DNA from: Octopus sinensis
Taxonomy: Eukaryota
DNA length: 64,000 nucleotides
Reading direction: 5' to 3'
Assembly (NCBI RefSeq): GCF_006345805.1
Contig: NC_043015.1
Coordinates: 10,478,001-10,542,000, forward strand
This document shows, piece after piece, positions 1 to 11,879 of the stretch (the first letter of the stretch is position 1; every line of letters begins with the position of its first letter). The position numbers were made by a program, and so were the translations under genes. The notes under the pieces were generated by a model. It saw only the letters and a program-made list of their open reading frames with translations. It had not been told where the DNA came from and made no database searches.

Positions 1-281
1 GAGAACTTTTGTTGATATTCATTGTTCAATATATTCGATTTTGTAACCGTTAATTTGATTATCAACGACGTGACAAAATTACAAAACCAGAAAAGATAGA
101 TGATTCGATACATGCAGACACACACACACACACGCAAATCACACACACACATCACACACACACACTCACGCACACAAATACACACTTATATATATATATA
201 TATATACAGACACGTCCGCGTAAGGTGAGAAGAAGACCAAAGCAACAAATTCGACAAAAGCAACACCAAACTAATCTTTTC

Positions 282-899
282 CAAAATTTCCGCAGAAGTG
301 TAGAAGAGAAATTTGAATGTACCAAGAAGACAATTTTACCCTAGGATAGGAGCAGAAATTCTCCCAAAATCACAGTTTTTATCAGCATTTGAAATATATT
401 AGAATCAAAAACATGGTCATGAGACAGTCAAACTTTGAACCCCTTCGAGATAGACGCCAACAATAATTCAGTTTTCGAGAAATACTTCAAACGTTGAGAT
501 TTTTACTTTCTCATTTTATATAATATGGTTTACTGATAACAGAAAACACATACGAAGTTGAAATGTTGCAAAACTATCGTTAAAAGTACACAAAATTTCC
601 GCAGAAGTGTAGAAGAGAAATTTGAATGTACCAAGAAGACAATTTTACCCTAGGATAGGAGCAGAAATTCTCCCAAAATCACAGTTTTTATCAGCATTTG
701 AAATATATTAGAATCAAAAACATGGTCATGAGACAGTCAAACTTTGAACCCCTTCGAGATAGACGCCAACAATAATTCAGTTTTCGAGAAATACTTCAAA
801 CGTTGAGATTTTTACTTTCTCATTTTATATAATATGGTTTGCTGATAACAGAAAACACATACGAAGTTGAAATGTTGCAAAACTATCGTTAAAAGTACA
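282..899. repeat. Tandem duplication, 2 x 309 bp
   Basis: 282-590 and 591-899 read identical except A532 vs G841. Confidence 0.95.
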
Positions 900-2637
900 C
901 ATTCCGAGTTCAACTGATGTTACTATTATTCATTTTGCAATTGTTCTTTTGACCTTTATTGAGTCTCGATTGAGTGCAGGCAGGATAAAATATATCCAAA
1001 CCATGTCACATCGTTTTTTATATTTTCCGACAAAGTGTATTCAGAAATATGTTATGCACTATGATCTCAAACGTCCTCCAGCGAGCATATAATGCGTCTT
1101 GTTTTATGCTTCATTTTAGTGCTACATAACGAATTGTATTTTAGAAACCACCCTAAAACTGCACTGAAACCTAATGTAGAATATATAGATTTATTGAAGT
1201 TAATAGTCTGGAAATCTTCAAGCATCTTGAAAGTATGAAAGTGTTCTCTAACTTATAGAAAACTGTATTCATAAGAATATCATATTCAGAATAATTTTTC
1301 GCAATTTTATTTGATGTATTCGTCCTTCCCAGCGAGACGCAATGTTAGTAGGCATTTCATTTTTCCTGAAGTGGATGTAATTAACGAAATGAAATGGAGA
1401 ACAACATATATTTGTATTTAAAGTGTGATTGCTAGAGGTTATGACACCGATTCTCTACTCATCTCTGACATTTGATGTGTGGACTAACCATGCACTTCAC
1501 AGTACATCAATGTTTAGGTAAGTAATCAGGCAAATTATTCAGAAAGCTACAGGGAATTCAGACAAGCGGTGGCTAGATAGTTAAAGAGAAGTCACTTCTA
1601 TGTACTATAAAACATTTGTTAATATCGAACATATTTGCCCATCGCTTTCAACAACACTTGTCAGAAATGGATTATCTGTTGAGGATAACATATCATAAGT
1701 ATCTGATTGACATGTAACATCAGTTAGAAGTTGAAACTGGTGATAAAAGTAATGCAATCAGCCCTTAGCATTTGTAATCGTGTTGCTCTGAGAGTTAACA
1801 GATTAGATCAAAGTAATTTGTTGAAGTATAAAGCTAAATGTAATATGTTCTGAAACGAAATCAATTCCATAACTAGCTGGAAGCCATATTGGTTAATAAA
1901 TATATCCGATAGAAGCAATTATATAATGGAAACAATAGTAACAAACCCTCGAAGTGAAATCCCAGGTTCATTAGAGATATGTACTTCGACAAAAGCTATA
2001 TCTGATGTTTAATCCATATTTCTCTGCATATAATTGTTAAATCTGTTAGAGCGTATTACATTAAACACCGATGAAAATAAAGAAATCCACATTTCTCAAA
2101 TAAAATATGCTATATAAAGAAAGATATAATATAGATAAAAATTAATAATGCGATTACCTAAACCACGGAGATTATATCAAATTGCACCGGAAAGTAGAAT
2201 AAACAAATAATGTTAGAATATTTATCAGCAGATTGTTAGTAGAAAAATATTACTTCTATTTTATTGCCAACATTTATCTCCGCATAATGCAATTTGAGAA
2301 CAATTTGTGTCGTAGTATAACAATGTTATTTGTATTTATCATACAATTCTTTATTTTTTTCTTATTTTATAGAAGGCAATTTAAGATGTAGTAATAAAAT
2401 TGTTGCTGTATGTTATTCTGTATATTTTGATGATAGCCAATAATGACATTCAACTTGAAATCTATAGATCTTCCATTTCGCAAAGTTAAAGAGAGAAATT
2501 TAAATTCCAACAAAGATATATAAATCTGAATTACATTTATTTCATATCGCCATCATCATATTTATTTATAAATTCTTGCTTATTCGCGTGTTTCTTATAC
2601 ATAATTACATCCGAACAATCATGCGCTGACAATATGT

Positions 2638-3008
2638 TTGTGTGTGTATGTATATATGTGTGTATGTGTGTGTGTGTATGTGTGTGTGCGTGTGGGTGCG
2701 CGCGTGTGTGTGTGTGTATGTATATATATATGTTTATATAAGTATAGACATATACGTGTATATGTGTAAATATATGTATAGATTTATAGGTCTATATATA
2801 TATATATATATATACATCTATACGTATATGTATTTATACACACACACATATATATACATATATTTATAACTCATGTACATATGTACATATGCACATGTAC
2901 GTCCGTATATGCATAAATATATAATATATGCTTGTATACATATATATATACATACATATGTATATATATATGCATGTATATATATATATGCACATATATA
3001 TACATATA

Positions 3009-3083
<75 letters not shown>

Positions 3084-3123
3084 TATATATGTATGTATGT
3101 ATGTATATATATATTATGTGTAT
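2638..3123. repeat. Compound (TG)n/(TA)n microsatellite
   Basis: Direct inspection; source of the YI/VC-repeat ORFs in the track. Confidence 0.95.
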
Positions 3124-3989
3124 TTATATTAGGTTATTATTTCCTTATATATTTGTATCATTTTGTCATAACAAAAGTTTTGCTATTTCTGATCAAGACA
3201 ATCTACAGTGAAATAAGACAACATTCATAATGAATTTTTATCAAATTTCTCATATGAAACTCTTTCAAGAATTGAAGACGAGAATAAAGATAAATGTCCA
3301 AAACTAATAAAAAAAAAATGAAAGTGGTTAGATGTAAACGTATGGCAGTCGAGGCCGTAAACGAGATGGAATGAATGAGGAATATTCTGAAAGAGGAGAA
3401 ATAATCTATTTGTCTATAAGGTCATTGTATCTATGAATAGATTGAGAAACTTTAATCAAATAGATGTAAGTATTAGATGAAGCTATATATAATTACATTT
3501 ATTGTGGTCTTCTCGCTTTTTGCCATTTTATTGCAGTATATTTAAAACTAAATCTCTCCTACTTTATAATATCGCCCATTTCGGGAGAATGAGTAAAGGT
3601 TCAAGACAAAGCAGGCGCCTTTCACTGTACAGCTTTGTTGAAATCGAAAGTAAAATTGTAAGAGTTTATTTACCAGCCGTCTTATATTCACTCAATTTTA
3701 TGGGTTATTCAACAGAACACAAGCGAATCTTACATTTGAACATAGCTCTCATATCTCGTATGGTGCTACACACAGAACTAAGAGGTCACATTCATAAAAA
3801 AGCCAACTAACAAAAGAGTCACTAACAAAGACATTCCACAATCTGGCAGGCAAATAATTTATATATACTCACTCCGCTTTTTCTACGTTACATCTGTAGT
3901 ATTTTCTCCAAGACGGAAGCTGTTTTATGACGTATTCACAAATATCTCTTCCTCTTATACAGCCCCTTGTAATGATCAGCCTTGCAGTT

Positions 3990-4121
3990 CTACATTGTCT
4001 GGAATGCCTTGTTCACCCTTCCGAGAACGTACTCTGCAATTCTGTCCAAGTCCTCATAATTATGGCAAGTGTTGATATATACAACTTGAAGCGGTACATT
4101 AATAACACCAATCTCACTGAC
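3990..4121 (-). other. Candidate terminal coding exon (VSEIGVINVPLQVVYINTCHNYEDLDRIAEYVLGRVNKAFQTM*), product unknown
   Basis: Pyrimidine-rich acceptor tcctttacaggcccttctag| followed by 43 non-repetitive sense codons and TAG. No upstream exon established. Confidence 0.25.
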
Positions 4122-4384
4122 CTAGAAGGGCCTGTAAAGGACATAGTCTATTGGTCATCGGTACAGATCCAACATATACACATATAATTAATGAAGAAAA
4201 ACGAAGAAAAATCACTAACAAAAATAAAGCAACAAGGCGATTATGTGGTACATGCAAAGCCTTAATAGATGCTCAGGGAAGAAAAGAAAGGGTGGTTTAG
4301 GCTCAGAGCAAAGCACGTCTTGAGAAACAGGGGACAGAGGAAAGTCCAAGATGTAGGAAAAAATCGCTAACTATCCACATATAG

Positions 4385-4777
4385 TTATATCTTGATGATT
4401 CTGCTCCTGCTGCTGCTGCTGATGATGATGATGATGATTATGATGACGACCAAGATGATGACCAAGATGAACATGATGATAAGAATGACGAAGATGACAC
4501 TGATGGCGTTGGGGGTGATGACAATGATGATGATGATCATGATGCTTATGATGATGACCATGATGATCCAAGAGACGACCACGTCCCGGAAGACGTTGAT
4601 GATGATGATGATGATCATCATCATCATCATGATCATGATGATGATGATGGTGGTGGTGATGATGATTCTGTGAAGAATGATGAGGATGTCAACGACCACC
4701 GTGATGACGGTTTTCATGATGATGATGACGACGACGACGACGAAGGCGAATTAGGTGATGATGTGTTTGTATTTTAG
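4385..4777 (+). other. Asp/His-rich 130-codon open frame in degenerate (GAT)n; candidate terminal exon
   Basis: Starts after ctatccacatatag| with CTAAC at 4367-4371. Frame LYLDDSAPAAAADDD...DPRDDHVPEDV...HHHHH...EGELGDDVFVF* has no internal stop. Could equally be a decayed microsatellite. Confidence 0.3.
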
Positions 4778-6705
4778 CCTCAAATAATGTATTATGGAGC
4801 CAACCCAATTTCAAAAGTATGCGTGAAAAACACATCCACTTCTCTTTGCATAAGTAGAAAGAGATTACCATATTACTCGAACCATATATAAAGCGTTCCT
4901 TGATAAATCTGGAAACGGCCATCCCTCCATGCCGACAATTCGTCAAAGAAACGTGAAGAGAGAGATTTGACTGCCCTATAGCATATTGCTTATGTCTGAA
5001 ATTTTACTCTCCACACAAAGTTCATGTCACTGCGATCAACAGGCTAGAAAGGCCATCCATATTTCTTTATACCGAGAGTTCATTATTTATCAAATCTTAT
5101 CTTATTAAAACGTTCTCTAAGATTATTGCCGTCATATATTCACTTCGGTATTTAAAGTATCTTCCATTATCCGACTCTGCCGCTGTTCATCTAAATGATA
5201 TTTTCAGATACCTCATTTCTTAGTTTGTTTAAGATTATATTGTTTGCTAGTAGGCAATCTAGTATTCTTTCAATCTTTTGTCTGCAGCTTATATAATCGC
5301 ATCTCATTTGACGTAAACGTCTTCTATTTTTCGAGATTTGTTTCTTTATTTATCACTTATATATTAGACGGTTCAGTAGTTTCTGACTCTCTGCCGGTTG
5401 AATATATCATTCACGTCCTCTTTTGTTAAAGTTATCACTTAGTTTGCTTCATAAAGTTTATCAGCAGTGATTATGATTATGTTGTCGAGGGTTGATCGTG
5501 AATGTGAGTTCTGTCCTAATTTGATATGATCAATGTTCTCGAAGGCAGAAATATCTGCGACTGTTTAATATATCATGACGGCAAGACGCAGTTCTTATCG
5601 TTTTTATATTTTTTATCAGTGTGGCTCTTCGTTGTGAATTAATAATTATGCACAAAAATAAGAAGTTAACTACGCTTCATATAACGGGTATATTTGGACG
5701 TATACTATTGTCACTATATGTAATGTCAAGAAATATAGCATACACAAAATAACTAGAATTTAACTTTTATTAAATTTACCGTTCTCTTTCACTTCCTTTT
5801 CTTTAAAGTGCTATTCTTAGTGGTTTTTCTTCACCTATATCGATTTTGTAGTTTCCTGAGGGAAATAATTAAAAGAGAAATAGACTTTACATACACACTT
5901 GTATGACATTTGTTTGGGTCTACAATGTGACACAGGAATTCTGAATATGATGTACTCGTTTAGAAGTAGTATTTAAGTTACCTAGATTTTTTAAAATTTT
6001 GATTCGTATTAACTGAAAAGGACAACAAATATTAAAAGGAGGACGACATTTTTACCGGTGTCCGTTTGTCTGTTAGTTTCCTTCTTAAGAATTCGACGCT
6101 TGTAGATTATTAAATTCTATAATAACAAAGTCATTTATAGAACAACTTCAGTCGTCGACTACCTACTGATACACAGGAAATGGTATTCTGCAATCTCAAG
6201 ACACCTTCAAACTTTCTAAATTATTCTGTTTCATCTTCTGTGAGGCATACTATAAATGGTGAAGAAGTTTAATTATCTTAGTAATCCCATATGGTATATA
6301 CTTTATACGAGTGAAATATCTCGGCATCCACGAAAGTATTTACTATATATATCTGTCCATTACAACCTACATGTAAAAACACACGCACGGATGCACACAG
6401 ATATAAATACATGAATACACACAACACTTAAACATACACACACATATACACGCACACACAAAATACAAGATGGCAGTCCCATCATATCGAGTGATTGCTG
6501 TCTCACATTCAGCTTGATTATACAGATTTACTTTCATCTTTGCTTGAGTGCATATATCTACCGCTAACCTACGAATGTTGCCTTCTTCACGGGTTTGTGA
6601 AAAATAACACGGGTTTCTCTGCCACTGGGAAATCTATTTAACCCATAGAAAGGACTCTGACAGGTATTACTATTTTGGATCAGACAGACCGAGTAGTAAT
6701 CTTTT

Positions 6706-6812
6706 CTACTCTAGACACAAGGGCTGACGTTTTCGGGGAGGGGGCCACCAGATCTGCCCCAGTACGCAAGTGGTACTTAATCTATCGACCCTGAGAGGAT
6801 GAAAGGCTCGCC
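6706..6812 (-). mobile_element. SINE fragment with Meta-type core
   Basis: Reverse strand GCCTTTCATCCTCTCAGGGTCGATAGATTAAGTACCAC matches the core of the fuller copy at 58466. Confidence 0.7.
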
Positions 6813-6933
6813 ACCTTACAGATCTAATTGTAAAGTCAATTAAAGTCATGAACCTGACCATCAGATGCTGTTTAATGTCATAGCCAAGACAAATATACAT
6901 ATATGTATATACTTGCATGTGTGCGTGTGTGTT

Positions 6934-6964
<31 letters not shown>

Positions 6965-7029
6965 CTGTGTGTGTGTCTGTGTTTATATGTGTGCGAGTGT
7001 GTGCTAATATTCTGAACGCCTTACTTCCT

Positions 7030-7208
7030 TGGGCATAGATACATTGAAACTCCGACGTCTGGCAGCTGACTTGGTAGACACCAATAAAAGTATTAACCAT
7101 CAATGGTTAATAACTCTGAGCACCTTTTCAAACTCCACCTGTCTACTACTCGAGGACATGTTTACAAAGACAGAAGACAACACAGCTCTCATGACTTTCG
7201 GAAACATT

Positions 7209-7262
<54 letters not shown>
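7030..7262 (+). mobile_element. CR1/L2-type LINE 3' fragment with (ATT)n tail
   Basis: TLKLRRLAADLVDTNKSINH, then a frameshift to LFKLHLSTTRGHVYKDRRQHSSHDFRKHF (LRR..DL and TRGH..K...RKHF motifs). Confidence 0.8.
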
Positions 7263-7265
<3 letters not shown>

Positions 7266-7637
7266 GTGTGTGCATGCGTATGGTTATGTTTATGTGTGTG
7301 TGTGTTTGCATATGAGAATATTTATGTACAGATGTTGCATGGTGTATTTGCTGAATATTTTCGCAGAAAGAGAGCCTTGGTGGTACTGAAGCAAAGTGAG
7401 CTACAAATATTGTACAAATCGAAAATTTTATACTTGACATTTGGATTATGTGATAGACTTTTATTTGAAAAGGATACTGAACTCTAAAAAAGGTTGAGAT
7501 CTATGCCTATAATGATAACTATATTACCATCGTTGTGTTGGGGACATTGAATTAGAATAACGCGAATAAATGTCAAGGTGACTAAATATCACCGAATAGA
7601 TATCACTGTATATGGACACATTGACGGTGATATACAG

Positions 7638-8199
7638 GTTGGGAAGCAATAAAATGTGACAATGGCAGTGATGATGAGCTTGTTCATGACGACGACGATG
7701 GTGCTGGTGCTGATGATGATAATGACGATGATAATGAAGATGATGGGGACCATGAGGATGATGAAGGTGACAACGATGACGAGGATCTTGAGGACGTTGA
7801 TTATGATGATGGCGATGATGATGATAGTCATCATCATCATTATGATAAGAAAGGATAGGACAACCCTGGCGATGTTGATGATGATAAGGATAAAGATGCT
7901 GATGACGATGATGATGAGGATGATGATGATGGTGATGAGTATGATGAGGATGCTTATGCTGGTGATTATAATGATGATGACTTTGATGATGTTGATGATG
8001 ATGATGACGACGACGACGAAGACGACGATGGTGATGAGGATCCCAGAGACGACCACTACCCGAATGTTGATGATGATGAGTAGGAAGGGGAAGATAAGAA
8101 AGACGAAAACTTTATGATTTTCATCGTGATGATGATGATGACGATTGCGATGTCTACGACGAGGAAGCTGAATTAGATGATGATGTATCTGTATTTTAG
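7638..8199 (+). pseudogene. Disrupted paralog of the 4385-4777 Asp-rich frame
   Basis: Shares DPRDDH.P..VDDD and ELxDDVxVF*, plus about 140 bp of unique downstream sequence (8168-8310 vs 4746-4890). In-frame TAG at 7856 and 8081 and one frameshift. Paralogy is clear; coding origin is not. Confidence 0.35.
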
Positions 8200-8517
8200 C
8201 CTTAAATAATTCCTTATGGAGCCAACCCAATTTCCACAGTATCCATGAAAATCCATCCACTTTTCTATCCTTAAGTAGAAATAGATTACCGTATTACTCG
8301 AACCATATTTAATACAGAATATTGGGTTTTCGGGTAAATTTGGCTTTTTCGTCTCATTGTTTGGCCATATAGTCTGCAATTCTGTCATAGTAGTAATATA
8401 TCGATGACGACAAAGGCAATAATAGGAAAGTACGGCAGATGAACGGAATGTAGAAATCTGATGGAGAATAACAAAATAGCAATTATATTCTTGTTCATGT
8501 CGAAGAAGTCAAGGCTG

Positions 8518-8604
8518 CTATAGCCGATAGCGTTTATCATCATCATCATCGTCGTCGTCGTCGTCATCAGCATCAGCACCAACGTCGTCATCATCATAGT
8601 CGTT

Positions 8605-8654
<50 letters not shown>

Positions 8655-9006
8655 TACCATCATCAATATCACAATCATCACTACCACCCTCACCACCACC
8701 AAGAACACCACCACCACCATAATCGTCATCAACACCATCATAGTCGTTGTCATCATCATCATCATTATCATCACCATCATCACTAACACAATCACTACCA
8801 TCATCATCATCATCAACATCAATATCACCATCATCACTACCACCCTTACCAGCACCAAGAACACCACCACCACCGTCATCATCATCAACACCATCATAGT
8901 CGTTGTCATCATCATCATCATTATCATCACCATCATCACTAACACAATCACCACCATCATCATCGTCATCAACATCATCATCGTCATCGTCATCAAAACG
9001 GTAAAC
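8518..9006 (-). other. Asp/Gly-rich 162-codon open frame with internal 156-bp repeat; candidate exon
   Basis: Acceptor-like ctccttctactatatcag| at 9007; unit DCVSDDGDDN...GGGGVLG..GGSDD occurs twice (aacacaatca at 8785 and 8941). Confidence 0.25.
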
Positions 9007-9617
9007 CTGATATAGTAGAAGGAGCTTACTGTGTGAAGAGTGGCGACAAAAGTGTGATGGCGGTGACAAGGTTACTACTATTGGAATCGACCAGATATCA
9101 GACTGTCCAATGCATACTACAGGAGTCTAGTAAGCATGAGAGGAGTCTAGTATATAGCCGTACACACAGCGGTATATATGTGTGTGTACATGTGTGATTG
9201 TACATATGCATGGATATGAATAAGATTGTCGCATACACATAAAACGATACAATGAGACAAAAACGAGAGATTAGTCATATTTAACTTGAAGTAGACATGA
9301 ATTAATATCGATCCAAATATGTTAGCAAAATATCTATGTCATCAGAAATAAAGTGTATTACGTTATATGTTGCTTCATATTATTCTAACATCTGTTATAA
9401 TTCATATTTCTGATTCAGACATTTGCACGGGAAAAATTGGCCTGGAAATATACCCGTATTTAATGTTTCCGAAAATAATATATCAGTAGTATTTGAAACA
9501 ATCAATATGAACTTGTGTTTTTCACCCGCTAGTATGTATCCTTCATTGTCACTTTTTCAAGCATATACATATATAAAAACACACATTCACGCATACACAT
9601 ATTCATGTTTACATACC

Positions 9618-9692
<75 letters not shown>

Positions 9693-9693
<1 letters not shown>

Positions 9694-10021
9694 TACTAAG
9701 TAATTAAGGGTTTAGCAACGATTTGCCTCACCACACACCGAAATTTAGAAATAGCAGTCAAAGAGTTATAGCTATTCTTTCTACTAAAAGGGAGATCTCA
9801 GTAAAACCACAGCACTTGAAAGGCAAACACAGACAGGCAATTGTATGATAGATTGCCGTCATTTCTTCCTCTCTTGCCTGTCTGTGTTTGCCTTTCAAGT
9901 GCTGTGGTTTTACTGAGATCTCCCTTTTAGTAGAAAGAATAGCTATAACTCTTTGACTGCTATTTCTAAATTTCGGTGTGTGGTGAGGCACATCGTTGCT
10001 AAACCCTTAATTACTTAGTAT
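9693..10021. repeat. Near-perfect inverted repeat, 148-bp arms, 33-bp spacer
   Basis: 9693-9840 is the reverse complement of 9874-10021 with one mismatch; abuts (TA)n. Confidence 0.95.
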
Positions 10022-10118
10022 TACTTAAACTTTCCTCGAATGAGGCTTTTACATGCCGAAATCTACTTGGTGAAATTAATGATTATTCCAAATTAATTAA
10101 TTTCACCCTATATTATTA

Positions 10119-10198
<80 letters not shown>

Positions 10199-10200
<2 letters not shown>

Positions 10201-10350
10201 GGAGTAAACACATAAATGTGAAACAAGGTGGATAAAAGAGTACTCAAATACCAGTGGTAGAGTAATATGCTTTATTTAAAGCAGCAGAAAATTCAACAAA
10301 ACCTTTTACTCTGAGTTTCCCTTTACCGTTCATCGGACAGTTTTTGCTAG
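10199..10350 (-). mobile_element. Penelope-type terminal-repeat remnant ending in (TA)n
   Basis: Degenerate hammerhead-like core CCGATGA-A-CGGTAAAGG-GAAA-CTCAGAG-TA followed by a T-rich tail into (TA)n at 10108-10198. Confidence 0.4.
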
Positions 10351-10571
10351 GATCGAACCGATATGTCAATTCTATCCAGACTAGTATAAACGCTACACCT
10401 TTAAAAAATGGATGTGAGTATATTTATATTTCCCTTCTTAACAATTACTAAGTAAAAATAGTTACCAGGACAGCAAACAATCACACAAGTAATAAGGACG
10501 TAACACCCTGTTTGTAAAGGTAGAAACACTGGGTTGGTGTGAGATATTTCCTATGATATATGTAAACAAAT

Positions 10572-10743
10572 AAATGGAGTTAAACGCATGTGTTATTCAA
10601 ATTCTTTTACTTCCGACACATGTTTCGAAGGCAGCATTGGTATCATTACATCATTTCATTCCTTTGGAATAATACCAATATTGTCTTCGAAACATGTGTC
10701 AGAAGTAAACTAATTTGAATATCATCTGCGTTTAACTGCATTT
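10572..10743. repeat. Fold-back, about 72-bp diverged arms, each with a hammerhead 3' half
   Basis: Arms carry G(C/T)CTTC-GAAA-CATGTG-TC-(A/G)GAAGTAA; spacer about 27 nt; ends at (TA)n. Confidence 0.85.
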
Positions 10744-10761
10744 ATATACATACATACATAC

Positions 10762-10842
<81 letters not shown>

Positions 10843-11480
10843 GGACGATAGAACAAATCATTTTTAAGGAACATTAATTCCAAAATAAGTGCATATTTTC
10901 AAATAGCATTTTAAATAAAATATATGAAAATTTATGGTATGTGATCCATTCTACCTCTCGCATACGCTCCACGCAATTAAATGCCCAAATTTTCTATATT
11001 AAGCATATAGTCTCTATCACATATGTAGCAAAATGCTTATGGATATGGAACATGTGATCATATTCCAGTGTAGAAAAAGTGTGTTAAATATCTGACGAGT
11101 AAAGATTGTGAGTGCCAGGAGAAAGATATTGTTATTACAGTGTGTGGTTGGTTTGCTGAACGAAATGACAGAAAGGGAGAGAGCAGAATAAAGGGGGAGG
11201 CAAAGAGGGTATGGAATGAAGAGAGTGAGCGAGTGAGTGCTGACTGAAAGTAGTTACATGATTTTAATCGTAGTTTAATAGAATATGATGGCATATTAAA
11301 AATAAACAGCAAATGTTTTACTGCACACCCGTTTCTTTATAACATGTTCGCAGTATCTCTACAGATTACCATATCCACTGACAGAGACGACATAGAAAGA
11401 CGGTTGGTTATCGATATTGTGACGTCACAAAATTAAAATGAAATAAACTTAGCAAATAGCTGTAGATTTTATTTTTTTTA

Positions 11481-11697
11481 ACTTGTTTCAGTCATTTGTC
11501 TGCGGCTATGCTGGAGCACCGCCTTTAGTCGAGCAAACCGACCCCGGGACTTATTCTTTGTAAGCCCTGTACTTATTCTATCGGTATCATTTACCGAACC
11601 GCTAAGTGACGGGGACGTAAACACACCAGCATCGGTTGTCAAGCAATGTTAGGAGGACAAACACAGACACACAAACATATACACACACATACATATA

Positions 11698-11700
<3 letters not shown>
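11481..11700 (-). mobile_element. tRNA-derived SINE, 3' half
   Basis: Matches the 3' halves of the copies at 41342 and 46198 (...GGCGGTGCTCCAGCAT...CAAATGACTGAAACAAGT). Confidence 0.9.
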
Positions 11701-11785
<85 letters not shown>

Positions 11786-11835
11786 GAAAAAACAAGTCAA
11801 AAATAGAAAATGCTAAAATAATTTTATAGTGAAAA

Positions 11836-11879
11836 TTTCAGTACCGGTTTCGGTCATTTTGAGACCTTTTCAACTGTAA
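11836..11879 (-). ncRNA. Minimal type I hammerhead ribozyme variant (U3:A8)
   Basis: ttaCAG-TTGAAAA-GGTC-tcaaaat-GACC-GAAA-CCGG-TA-CTGaaa; palindromic stem III ACCGGT. Confidence 0.65.

Noticed and set aside
4371-4571. His-rich minus-strand ORF (MDHHGHHH...)
   Set aside because: Antisense reading of the GAT tract; His codons arise automatically from CAT repeats.
4025-8390. DRIAEY / DRIADY match (14-nt GACAGAATTGCAGA) at about 4035 and 8375
   Set aside because: A 14-mer match is expected by chance at this scale; flanks do not align and the second frame stops four codons later.
11092-11135. CTGACGA...GAAA with complementary flanks
   Set aside because: No stem II pairing and no room for stem III or a UH site.
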